Under the pieces are notes generated by a model. It saw nothing but the letters and a program-made list of their open reading frames with translations, was not told the origin of the DNA and made no database searches. The position numbers and the translations under genes were made by a program. A stretch of DNA of 64,000 nucleotides from Zancudomyces culisetae HAW-14-8 (taxonomy: Eukaryota > Fungi > Kickxellomycota), in contig JBNJNM010000021.1 in assembly GCA_052426225.1 (NCBI GenBank), positions 1,922,001 through 1,986,000 of the forward strand, given 5' to 3'. Shown here piece by piece: positions 51,516-64,000 of the stretch. Position 1 is the first letter of the stretch; each line of letters opens with the position of its first letter.

Positions 51516-53664
51516 TGTCATGAATATGACATGAAAAGGTTTAAATAGTATTTTTACAATACTGATTCAAAACAAATTTTTTAATTGAAATGTTTTGTTG
51601 TTTTAAGCATTTACTTAAGTAATGATACTAACACATAACCAAAATTATATTAAAACATTAATCTTACAATAGTTAATTATAAAATTAGTACATGTTTTTA
51701 TTAGTAATATTTATTGAATATATAAATTAAATATTTTTCGCTATGAAATCCTAAGCGATAAAATATTATCTTATCCTAAATAAAATATTTTCAAGCAACA
51801 ATAGTACCTAGTGTCAATCGTGACATTATTTTATCGCTATTATCACTACCTACTATATCATGTCTACACAAGAAATAAACCTCGAACAACTCTTAATCGA
51901 ATTGGAAAGATTAAGAGAGGATAACGAAAGACTGCAAACAATCATTGCAAATCAAGCTCAACTCGTAGAAAACCATCTAACACAAAATTCAGACCCAGCC
52001 ATAACACCAGACCATGTTGCAATACCAGAACCAGCTGCAGTAACAGATCCTAATCTATTGTCAACCACCATCCATACTCAGCCTGTTAAGATAGCTCTAC
52101 CTGAACGTTATGATGGTGACCGTACCAAATTTAGAGGATTTATCAATCAGTGTCGCCTCGTATTCTTTACACAACCTGGCCATTATCCTTCTTCGGCTAA
52201 TAAAGTTGGACTTATTATGTCTCTTCTTACAGGCAATCCATTACGTTGGGCAAGTCCATACATCGAAAAAAATAGTCCTGTGTTACATAATTTCGATCTA
52301 TTCATGGAAGAATTTGCAAAAGTATTTGATGATCCACAACGTGCTCAAACAGCAAATGATGCTATAAGAGCACTAAAACAAGGTGATTCTTCAGTAACCA
52401 TGTATGCTTCAGAATTCCGTAGGTTAATCATGGATCTCGACTGGAATGAAGCTGCCTGCGTATCACAATTTTCCGAAGGATTAAACGAATCGGTATTATA
52501 CACCTTAGCATTATTCCAAACGCCTACTGACTTAGAAGGATACATAAATGCCGCTATTACAGTTGATGCGAGACTCACTCGACGTAAGGAAGAAAAACTG
52601 AGAAAACGCAGAGGCACCCAGAGGATAATTTCGACCATTCCCATTACTGAAAAAACCGAATACATGCAAGTGGATTCAGTTCAACGTACAGTAACACAAG
52701 CAGAAAGGGAGAGAAGGAACAAACTCAATCTTTGTTTCTATTGTGGTAGCGAAGGACATCAAGTTAACACCTGTCCAACAAAGAATAAAAAACTGGGAAA
52801 AGCCAAGGTTCAGGTTTAATTGGGAAGTTAAAACTGAACAAGGTAGATAATTTTAACAGTATTCCTAATTCTTTCTCTTATAATTCACAAAATATAATTG
52901 GAACACTTAATTCCAACATACATCCTTATCGTTTCCTGCTGCCCATAAAAATTATGTTCAACAACACATCCGTCAAATTATTAGCAATGATAGACTCTGG
53001 CGCATCAGGTTTATTCATCAACAAATCCATTGTAAACCAAAATAATATAAATACTATACCAAAGAGAATTCCTGTTTCAATTGAATTCATTGATGGAAGT
53101 TCTATGACATCAGGTCCAATAACACATACCACAGTACCTCTTGAACTTTCAATAAATAATAATCATTTTGAAACCATCGTCTTTGAAATTATTAACTGCC
53201 ATCATGCTGATATTATCTTGGGTCTCCCGTGGCTTGAACTACATAATCCAACAATTATTTGGAAAACCCGCAAGGTTATATTTAATAACTATTATTGTAG
53301 TACCAATTGCAAAGAAAATGCGAAACATAACATTAAATTACAAAGTAATAATATAAAACAAGTAAAAACAAAAGAAAAAAATGAAAAAATAAATACAATA
53401 CCCACCCCCTATATCTTTCCATTTTAACGTCACAGGAAATACCACGACAAAAATCACAGCCCTTGATACAATCACAGCCTATATTACCATCACAGCCACA
53501 GTCAAAATCATTTAAAGAGCATAAATTACAGCCGATGATACAGCAACAGCAACAGCAACAACAACAACAACAACAGCAACAGCAACAGTCACAGCAACAG
53601 TCACAGTCACAGCAACGGCAAGAGCAACAGTCACAGCAACAGTCACAGTCACAGCAACGGCAAG

Positions 53665-53723
<59 letters not shown>

Positions 53724-55607
53724 TTTAACTTCATTTTCTTGAATCAAAGCCTTTCTAATTCACATAATATCCAAAAATCAATTTTAAATTCAGAAAATCA
53801 TTCCCAAGCCAAAACTTATTCTAACTTGGAAATTCAATCACTATCCAGCTGTAGTGATCTAAACGCTTACATCGATCTTGAATTTAATCCTGATAAAGAT
53901 GTTGATATTGAAGATTTTCTCAAAAATCAAAGTGATTTTATTCTGTTACGGATGAAGAATTATTATCTGTAATGGAAGAAGAAATGAACTACAATATTGG
54001 AAATGAACAATATCAACATAATAATATTATTATACCACGTACACCACCTCCAGCTAATCCAGTAGAGCCATTTAGGAAAAGAGAGATAGAATTGGAAAGC
54101 ATTGATGAAAATACATTTAAAAAGCCTAGAATTATGAACCATTTAATAGGGTTAATTAGTCAGGCTAAACCAACACAACCATGTTCACAAGTGATGGTTT
54201 CAATTCCTGAAAAATATTATGATCTTAGGCAAGCCTTTGATAAACAGAAACCGACACCTTACCACCCCATAGACAATATGATTGTTCAATAGATCTCATT
54301 CCTAATGCTAAAATTCCTTATGGTACAATTTATCCTTTATCTCTAAACGAACGAAAAGTGTTAAAAGAATATATAGATGAGAACCTTGCCAAGGGGTTTA
54401 TTGTTCGTTCTATATCATCCGCTGCAGCACCAGTGTTCTTTACAGGGAAAAAAGATGGATCTCTGCGTCTAGTCGTAGATTACCGTGAATTAAACAAAGT
54501 GCTAAAAGAAATAGATATGCACTTCCATTGATGTCAGAATTATTAGAACGCGTTCAATCTGCAAAAATATTTACAAAACTCGATCTTCGCGGCGCTTATA
54601 ATCTGGTACGAATCCGAAAAGGAGACGAATGGAAAACGGCCTTTCGAACACAATAAGGACATTTCGAATATAAAGTTATGCCGTTTGGGCTCTCAAACGC
54701 ACCGGCAACATTTCAGGCATTTGTTAATGATATATTTTGAGATATTCTAGATCTTTACGTGGTTGTCTACCTAGATGACATATTAATATTTTCTGAAAAC
54801 GCCGAAATTCATACCTCGCATGTTCGCACAGTGTTGGAAAGACTTATAGCAAACAAGTTATATGTTAAACTTGAAAAGTGTGAATTTGACCGCGATAGGG
54901 TCGAATTTTTAGGATTTATAGTTACCCCTACTGGACTTATTATGGACCCAAATCGCATCGTAACAATTAAAGAATGGCAGGTACCAAAATCAGTAAAAGA
55001 TATTCATGTATTTTTGGAATTTGTAAACTTTTATAGAAGGTTTATAAACAACTTTGCTAAAACGGTAAAACCAATAACGACATTATTAAAGAAGGATACA
55101 CCCTTTGTATGGGGATCGTATCAACAAGAGGCTTTTGAAAACTTTAAAGAATTATGTACGACTGTACCCGTTTTAACCCATTCAGATCCGTATATACAAT
55201 TTATACTAGAATGTGACGCATCTAATATGCATTTGGCGCAGTGTTATCACAAAAACATCATGGAGTTACACACCCTGTAGCTTATTATTCTAGAACCTTA
55301 AATGCGGCCGAACAAAATTTTCATATATTCGATAAAGAATTACTTGCAGTAAAATTTGCATTGAAACAATGGCGCCACCATCTCGAAGGTGCTTTGTATC
55401 CTGTAAGTGTTATAACTGACCATAAAATCTTAGAATATTTTAGGTCTGCAAAAATATTAAACAAACGGCAAGCATGATGGGCTTTATTATTAACTAGGTT
55501 CGATATCGTATTAACTTATCGTCCGGGATCCCAAAACGGAAAGGTAGATGTCCTATCCAGATAAAGTGAGCATAAAGAGGAGATAATAAATATAGGATCT
55601 GAACCTA
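51516..55607 (+). mobile_element. Ty3/gypsy element 2: 5' LTR 51516-51825, intact gag 51860-52819, pol pseudogene, 3'-truncated by Tc1
   Basis: TGTCA...TGACA LTR; CFYCGSEGHQVNTC; AMIDSGASG; VVYLDD; ECDAS; several stops and frameshifts; ends at TA 55606-55607. Confidence 0.92.
53541..53722 (+). repeat. CAG/CAA microsatellite encoding poly-Q/QS in the PR-RT spacer
   Basis: (CAGCAA)n and CAGTCA units seen directly. Confidence 0.95.
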
Positions 55608-57600
55608 CAGTGAGTTTCAAAAATGTATCAAAATATTGATAATAATTATCAAAGTGTAATATCACACTCAATAATATCCAGAAATTTATTATTTTATATA
55701 TTATATAATGCACAAATGTTATATTCAGTAAATATATAAACTGTATATTTATTGGTTAAAAATCATTATGAAATTATTAATTGTAAAAATTTAAGTAATG
55801 AGAATATTTTGGGAATATTTCAAAAAAAAACTTTAAACTATTGTTAAGACTTGCATATTTTAAGATTAAATTCTTTATTACTAAAATATTATTTAGAAAA
55901 ATATGATATTCAATAGTGATAAAGATATTTTACTCTGATGTTCTCTTTCGATGTATTTCGAAAGGGTTTTTATACTTTTACTCCAGAGATTTTTTCATAT
56001 AAAATTTTCTTAAGTAAAGTTGCTATTAAACTATAAATTTGACTATTAAACTTATGAGTAACTGATGTGATTAACTACCGTGAGTTTAGTATGTCAATGA
56101 TTGCGTCATTCATGTTATTCTGACGATTCTTTGAATTATTAGTTTCGAAATTCTTTCTAGGTTTCTTATTTCCTAAAATGGTCTGTGAATATCATTATAA
56201 CAAATTTCATCGCGAAATTCATTTTTTTACTTGACTTGGTTAGATTAATTTAATAATTGTACTTAGTTACATTTAATTACTTATACTTAGTTACATTTAA
56301 TTACTTTGTACTTAGATAATTTTAATTAATTTGTACTTAGTTACATTTTAGTAATTCGTATATGGTTACAATTTCATTTTGTAATTTCTTGATTTGGTCA
56401 TGGAGAATTATTATAAACATGCATTTATTTAATTATATAAAACAATTCCTAACAACTGTGATTACTTTATGAATTCAATTTTTAAAATTTGAAAACTTTT
56501 ACAATTATAATATATAACAACATTATACTAATCAAAAATAATACTTTTTAAAAATTGATATCTGAACAACGTAAACTGGATATAAAAAACGCGTTACTTG
56601 AAGGCAGAAGCATTGACCAAAGTATTATAGAAAATGGAGTTAGTAAAGCAACAATATACAGAATTAAAGCATCAATGAATATCAATTTACCGGCTAATAA
56701 TCGCGGTCGTCCAGCGAAGCTTTCACCCCAAAGCAAGCGAATATGTACTAGGATGATATTATCTGGAGAGTATCGATCTGCTACTTCGATACAAAAGAAG
56801 TTAGAAATGGATAACATTGTTAGTGCTAGTAAGTCTACAATATATAGGGCTTTTAATGATCGAAAAGCCGTTGCAATAAAAAAAACCTCCTAACCGAAAC
56901 TGAGCCTTAAAAATATTGCAAAAAAGCTGAGATTCGTAAAATCTCATCGTCACAGGACTACTGATGATTGGAGGCGAGTAATTTGTCCGACAAAACTAAA
57001 ATCAACCGATTTGGATCTGATGGAAATGAATGGACTTGGGTTCGTGATGGTATGAGTCTACAGCCGCACAATATTAACCAGACCATAAAACACGGTGGAG
57101 GATCATTAATGATTTGGGGATGATCACAGCATTTGGGACTGGCTACATGTGCCGACCCGAAGGAATGTTAATCAAGGATGGTTATTTAAACATTTGAAAA
57201 GACGAGCTTAGCAATACAATTCAGTACTACAAGTTGGATCCCAAGTCAATAATATTTCAACATGACAATGATTCTAAACATACCTCAAAGTTAGTTACAT
57301 GCTGGCTTGAAAACCAGGAATATAATAATTGGACTGTTCGCCACAATCTCCAGACTTTAACCCGTTCGAAACTATATGGGCAATAATCAAAAGACGCATA
57401 AATAGATACAGTAGACCTCCGTCCGGGAATATCGAAATATGGGAGCGAATATCTACAGCACTGAATCAACTTACTGTGAAAACAATAGTTGGAATAATAT
57501 TTAGTATCCCAAATGAATTGAAACGTTTATTAAGTCTAAAGGCATGTGGACAAAATCAAAAATTTTTATTTAATTAAGTTTCAAAACTGTATATATTTCT
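55608..57600 (+). mobile_element. Tc1 family A copy 2, transposase pseudogene ~56555-57560
   Basis: TA|CAGTGAGTTTCAAAAATG TIR; homologous to 32210-34389; right TIR not evident. Confidence 0.9.
55842..56454. repeat. Solo LTR (~613 bp), same family as 33423-34038
   Basis: TGTTA...TAACA; degenerate TSD ACTAT/ACTGT. Confidence 0.8.
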
Positions 57601-57646
57601 GAAAATTTAATATATGATATTCTCTATGATTATTTTCCAACATTAA

Positions 57647-59222
57647 CAGTTACTCAAAAAATTGTTTAATTGTATTTGATGGTAATTAAAAAATTAATAT
57701 AACTCACAAATGCTATATCGAATCACTATAAATTGTACTAACATTTTACATCCATATACCATAAATTACTTATCATATTACTACAATACTTGAACCAGCC
57801 AATCTATAGTAGTTAAACTTTTTGTAAAAATATTAAATTATAACAATTTTTTTGCTAAAATTAAAAAAATATATAAACGTAATTAAACTAGTATTATGTA
57901 TATCCACCCCTAGCTTACAATACAGCATTAATTCTTGTTGGCATGCTACTATTTAGCGCCATACACTTGCCACTGATATATTATTCCACTCGTCTTGTAC
58001 GCGGTCCCAAAGTTCGTTCATTCTTTTTGGTGCATTTTCGTGATTTGAAATCCGTGTTTTCTAACTGACCCATAGATGTTCAATTGGATTTAGGTCAGGT
58101 GACTGTGCTGGCCAGTCAATCACCTGAATTGAGTTAGTTTGCAACCATTCTTTAGTAATTTTCGCGGTGTGTTTTGGATCGTTATCATGCTGAAAAATTG
58201 TACTTTACCTAAGTCGTACCACTCCATTGATTTTACCAGTTCGTCTTCAAGAATATCACAGAACAATTCTGTATTATGTCAGCATTCAATTATTGTAATA
58301 TATCCTGGGCCTTCTGATGTCATGCTTCCCATATTTTGATTAAAACATTCATCATGTTTTATAGTTTTTTTAACATGGTTCGGTTTTAACTGGCTCCCTT
58401 GTTTTTATCAGCACCACATGCGCCCATCTGACCCAAATCAGTTAATTTTAGTCTCGTCAGACCATATCACACGTTTCCAGTCTACTGCAGTCCAATTCTG
58501 ATATTTTTTAGCAAATGCAAGTCGTTGTTTAATATGGCCTAATTTTAGCATAGGCTTTTTGACCTTAGGTTTTGAACCTAAACCATTATTTTTCAAGCTA
58601 TTTTGCACTATTTGAGAAACCACAGTAACGAGGTCATTATTCTTCAGAAATTTTGTAGCTTCAGTTTCAGTATCTATGTATTAGTCGTTATTATATTTTC
58701 AACCTCTCAATTGAGTTTGTAGAATTTTCGGGCATCCTGGATTTAAATTTTTATTTAAGGAGGGTGATTTTTTAGAAATAATAGTACTAAGCTAATAGCT
58801 AGTGCTTATGTTATTATGATTAGGTGTATCTTCATCTAGCATGATTAAGATACTTATATTTATTTGTATTTAACATATAAATGTATTTTTTTTTTTTCCA
58901 AAATTTCAAAACAATTTTTAATTGATAGAAATAATGCTTAAATTAGTTAATACCATGTTGATTAATCTAAAGACAATGTAATATTTAATATTTATGTATT
59001 TAAAATTATTAAATAAAATTAATACTTTAAAAATCTTTTGAATGTTTACAATTAGAATAATTAATAATAATAATTTACAAATACCTTTATATAAAATTTT
59101 TGCAGTTATAGTAACATTAGGAATATACTTAGAAAATATCATTTTATACGATTTAGTATATCCTTAGAAATTACAATAGATATTACTTTTTCATAATATT
59201 CATATAATTTTTTGAGTCATTC
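57647..59222 (-). mobile_element. Tc1 family B element, degenerate
   Basis: Left TIR CAGTTACTCAAAAAATTGTT; decayed right TIR ATAATTTTTTGAGTCATTC at ~59204-59222; [28 protein letters not shown]. Confidence 0.82.
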
Positions 59223-59862
59223 TACATATTTATTTCTTATTTTTAACAAATATATATTTATAAATAGTATTCTATTACAATCGAATCTTAAGATATTCGA
59301 CATTTGTTTCAAATCGATTCTAACGTTAATTCCACACCATACGGTGATCCGCGAATCAGTACGGCTTTAAATAAAACTTTAGAACAGGTGGGTGGCTCCG
59401 GTGCTTGCTTGCGCTTGCGCATATTGGTAGCCTATATCCTCACATAATTACTCTAAAGTTTATTTATTTTATTTATAGACTGAAAGAATATTTTAGTGTC
59501 ATATTAACTTCCTAATGGAAGAGTATATTTTAATCTAAATTTTTCATCGTAGTTTTCTTTGAATCTAAAAAACTTAAATAAGTATATGAAAAAATCCATA
59601 ATCTATCATGTTTAGAAATCTTGAAACATTCATTGAAGTTTCAAAATGGATGATTCAGATATTTTATGTTCCAGCGATGTAATTCCTTTTGAATAATTAT
59701 TTCTAGATTGTAACTTGGTAATTGCCGTTACCATGATTGTTGTTATTAAGTAATTGTAACGTTGCATAACACGTTTTAATTATGGCAGTAACAATTTTAT
59801 TTTATTAATTTAATTAATTCTAGGTAAAAAAATAAAAAATAGCTATTTTGTAATTCACAACA

Positions 59863-62800
59863 TTCAGTGGTTTGTAAACCAATGCCATCTTATGTGCTTT
59901 AGCCACCCCGACCGCTACCCGTTCGCCACCAACAAGGTTGGTCTTGTTAAATCACTTCTCACAGGGAATGCGCTCCGTTGGGCTAGCCCTTACATTGAAA
60001 AGGGTAGCCCTGTGCTCCAGTACTATGAACTCTTTTTAAAAGAGTTCACAAAAGTGTTTGATGATCCTCAAAGATCTAGAACAGCAAATGATGCCATCAG
60101 GGCATTGAAACAGGGCACCTCACCTGTCTCAATGATTGCATCAGAGTTCCGTCGCCTGATGATGGATCTCGACTGGAACGAGTCAGCTCTCGTATCCCAG
60201 TTTGCCGAGGGTCTGAGCGAAGCCGTGCTCGACACCCTTGCGCTATTCCAAACTGCTGATGATTTGGAAGGTTACATCAATGCTGCAATCCGCATTGATG
60301 CCAGGTTAACCAGGCGCAAGGAAGACAAGGCCAGGAGAAAGAGAGGCATTCAGCCTTATGTTCAGCCCACCAGTTCTCAGATAGAACCTATGCAGGTGGA
60401 TTCTGTTCAGCGTGTCGTCTCTCCAACCGAGAGAGAACGTCGAATGAAACTTGGACTCTGCTATTACTGCGGCGGAGAAGGCCACCAAGTTACCACCTGT
60501 CTTGAAAAGCTTAAGAAAACTAAGCAGGGAAACCACCGGGTTCAGGCTTAATTGGCAAGCCAATCCTGAACCAAACCATCCCAACCAAAGACTTCCCCCG
60601 TTCCAGATCCTTTGTCCATCAAGTCAGCAGTATCCGAGACGTCTACAACCCCCATCGTTTTCTTGTCACTGTTTCTTTACAACTCCCAAGTAACGTAAAG
60701 TTGCAAATCGTCGCCATGGTAGATTCAGGTGCTTCTGGTTTGTTCAAAAACCAAGGTTTTGTATCTAACCATTCCATTCCCACCATTTCCAAAACAACTC
60801 CAATACCTGTGGAGTTTGTAGATGGTACTCCAATGTCTGCCGGTCCAATCACACACCAAACTGTCCCGCTCAAAATCAAGATTGGAGTTCACCAAGAAGT
60901 AGCCACGTTTGAAATCATAAACTCCCACCATGTTGACATGATTTTAGGACTTCCGTGGCTTGAACACCATGAGCCCACTATCAATTGGAAGAAGAGATTA
61001 ATTCATTTTGATAATGCATATTGCCAAAAACACTGCAACATCAAAAGGTTCTCAACTCAAAGATCCAATCCAACGATTATCAAGACTAATACCTCAGTCA
61101 TGTCAAGACAAGCACCAGGACCAGGACCAGGACCAGGACCAGCACTAATTAGCCAGAATAACCTCAGCCAAGAAACCCAAAGTCAGGAAACTAACAACCA
61201 GGAAAACCATGTTAAAGATAACCACAGTCAGACTATCCATTGCCAAAGTAACCACATCCAGGACAATTTAAACCAGGAGACTAACCACAGCCAGGAAAAC
61301 CACAGCCAGGAAAATACTAACAATAGCCAGGAAAATACTGTCAATAGCCAGGAAAATATTAATCATAGCCAGGAAAACTTAAACCAGGATTATCAGAACC
61401 AAGTACCCAACCAAGAAGTCATTGAGTCAGTTCAGGATCAAGAATCCACCTCATATTCTGAAAATGATGATAAAATTTCTGATCCAAAATATGAAACAGA
61501 TTTAGATTATGAACTTGAATCAGTGTATTCGTTGGATTCTGAGCTGTACTATTCACCAAGTTCCGATATCAGCGACATCTCAATTCAAAGTGCCGACTCT
61601 GAAAATAGTATTCAGAGTGCTGATATGGAAACTTTTGAAGAGTTACGCCCGATGACACCACCACCAGCTGATCCGATTGAACCAATTCGCAAACGTTCTT
61701 GTGATATTGAGTTTCAACAAAAGGTGCCTACCAAAAAGTTAATACACTCTGTTTTTCATTTGATAGGCATGATAAACCAAGCCAAACCAATTTCACTACC
61801 TCCTGATTCCTTAACTACTACTATTCCAAGTAAATATCAAGACCTCAGCCAAGCTTTTGACAAACAAAAGGCCGATACTCTACCTCCTCATCGCCCTTAC
61901 GACTGCTCAATTGATCTGTTACCCAATGCCGCCTTACCGTATGGACCAATTTATCCACTTGCACCAAAGGAGCGAACAGCGCTTAAAGAGTACATCGATG
62001 AAAATCTTGCAAAAGGTTTCATAGTCCGCTCGAAATCACCTGCTGGAGCCCCTGTATTCTTCACAGGTAAAAATGATGGCTCTTTAAGACTAGTTGTGGA
62101 CTACAGAGCTCTAAACAAAGTCGTTAAACGTAACCGGTATCCTTTACCGTTGATGACTGAGCTACTGGAACGAGTCCAATCTGCTAAAGTATTCACCAAA
62201 CTTGATCTGCGTGGCGCGTACAATCTGGTACGCATAAGGAAAGGCGATGAAGAAAAAACGGCTTTCCGAACACAGTATGGTCAGTTTGAGTACAAATTTA
62301 TGCCATTCGGCCTGGCTAATGCTCCTGGAACCTTTCAATCATTTGTCAATGACGTTTTTCGTGATATCCTAGACGTATATGTTGTCATATACCTTGATGA
62401 CATTCTGGTATTTTCTGCAACACCTGAAGAACATACTACCCATGTTCGTACTGTTTTAGAAAGACTAATCGCTCACAAACTCTACGCCAAACTTGAAAAG
62501 TGTGAGTTTGACAAGAAAGAGTAGAGTTTTTAGGCTTCATAATCACACCTGCAGGCCTAGTCATGGATCCGTCTCGTGTATCTGCAATATTGGATTGGGA
62601 TACACCAAAATCAGTCAAGGACATCCAATCCTTCCTTGGATTTGTTAACTTCTATCGCCGTTTTATCCAAGACTTTTCACGTATTGTAACTCCGATTACC
62701 TCCTTACTCAAGAAAAATGCCCAGTTTATCTGGGGCTCAGCACAACAATCTGTGTTTGAAAATCTCAAGGAACAATGTACCACAGCTCCCGTTCTCTCAC

Positions 62801-64000
62801 ATCCTGACCCAGAAACTCAGTTTCTCCTCGAATGTGATGCATCCAACTTTGCTCTAGAAGCTGTGTTATCTCAGAAAATTAATGGCGAAACTCATCCTGT
62901 AGCTTTCTATTCCCGAACGCTGAATCCTGCTGAAAGAAACTACCACATCTATGACAAGGAACTACTAGCCATCAAATGTGCCCTCGAGCAGTGGCGACAT
63001 CATCTAGAAGGTGCCTCTCATCCGGTTTTGGTCATCACCGACCACAAGAATCTTGAGTATTTCCGCTCCGCCAAGATTCTCAATCAACGCCAAGCAAGAT
63101 GGGCACTGTTCCTAACCCGGTTTGATATCGAGCTTACTTACTGTCCAGGATCACAAAACGGTAAAGCAGATGCTCTATCTAGGAAGGATGAGCATAAGGA
63201 GGGGGTGAATCATGAAGATAGACCTATCTGGCAACCCAAGTTTGTAATTGCAGCTATTGACACCAGCCAGGCTGGTGATATCATTTCTCAAATCAAAGCA
63301 ATTACTGAATCTGATACTCAAGCTCAAGAACTTCTAAACAACTCAAAAGTCTCCTGTTCTGATAATATCTTAGTGTACAACAATAGGATGTTTGTTCCTG
63401 AATCACTGCGTCTTCAAGTTCTTGCCATGTGTCATGACACACTGCCAGCTGGTCATTTTGGTCACGCTAAAACCATGTCCTTGGTTTCACGTCAGTTCCG
63501 GTGGCCAAACATGAAAGCCACAATAAAAGACTACATTGACTCTTGCGATACCTGCAACCGAGCAAAACACATCTCTACTAAGCCATCAGGACTCTTAATG
63601 CCATTGAATACTCCCAATCGTCCTTGGGAATCAGTATCAATGGATTTCATTGTGGAACTACCACGTTCACAGGGCAACACTGTTGTACTGGTTGTTGTGG
63701 ATCGTCTCACCAAGATGGCTCATTTCATCCCTCTCAAAAGTACACCATCTGCTTCTGATACTGCTACTAGCTTCATGGATAATGTATTCAAGTTACATGG
63801 ACTTCCCAACAGCATTGTCTCCGATCGTGGCCCACAGTTTGTATCCAAGTTTTGGACCGAACTCTCTCGACTTCTAAACATCAAACTTCATCACTCTACT
63901 GCATACCACCCACAATCTGATGGTCAAACTGAACGCATCAATCAAATATTTGAATAGTATTGAGGTGTTTTGTTAACTATCAACAAGATAATTGGTGTCA
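59863..64000 (+). mobile_element. Ty3/gypsy element 3: 5'-truncated gag, pol with frameshift at ~62520 and stop at 63955; runs off the window
   Basis: [53 protein letters not shown]; related to element 2. Confidence 0.93.

Noticed and set aside
53333-53734. Poly-Cys ORF on the minus strand
   Set aside because: Antisense reading of the CAG/CAA microsatellite in gypsy pol.

Overview
AT-rich eukaryotic DNA with spliceosomal introns, most likely from an early-diverging fungus (inference). The left ~21 kb holds host genes: a secreted Cys-containing protein, a DPH3/KTI11 gene missed by the ORF track (possibly damaged), a 3-exon divergent NADPH-oxidase/ferric-reductase, a small secreted protein, a trypsin-like S1 protease and an acidic secreted protein, plus a truncated LINE. 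From ~22 kb onward the window is a nest of transposons: three DIRS-1-type tyrosine-recombinase retrotransposons (one complete, with ITRs and ICR), three Ty3/gypsy elements (one complete chromovirus), two Tc1 families and several solo LTRs, surrounding a 5.6 kb extremely AT-rich tract. Most notable: (1) the complete chromovirus carries, antisense in its 3' UTR, a candidate ~265-nt Pol III RNA with a tRNA-like head, two repeated UUCG-hairpin modules and a T-run terminator; (2) the AT tract looks like a sharply bounded hypermutated zone (candidate centromere core), and repeat pairs show an excess of A<->T transversions; (3) two gypsy elements appear to be self-priming; (4) the same solo LTR appears to have inserted independently into two Tc1 copies. 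All alignments were made by eye, so boundaries may be off by a few bases.
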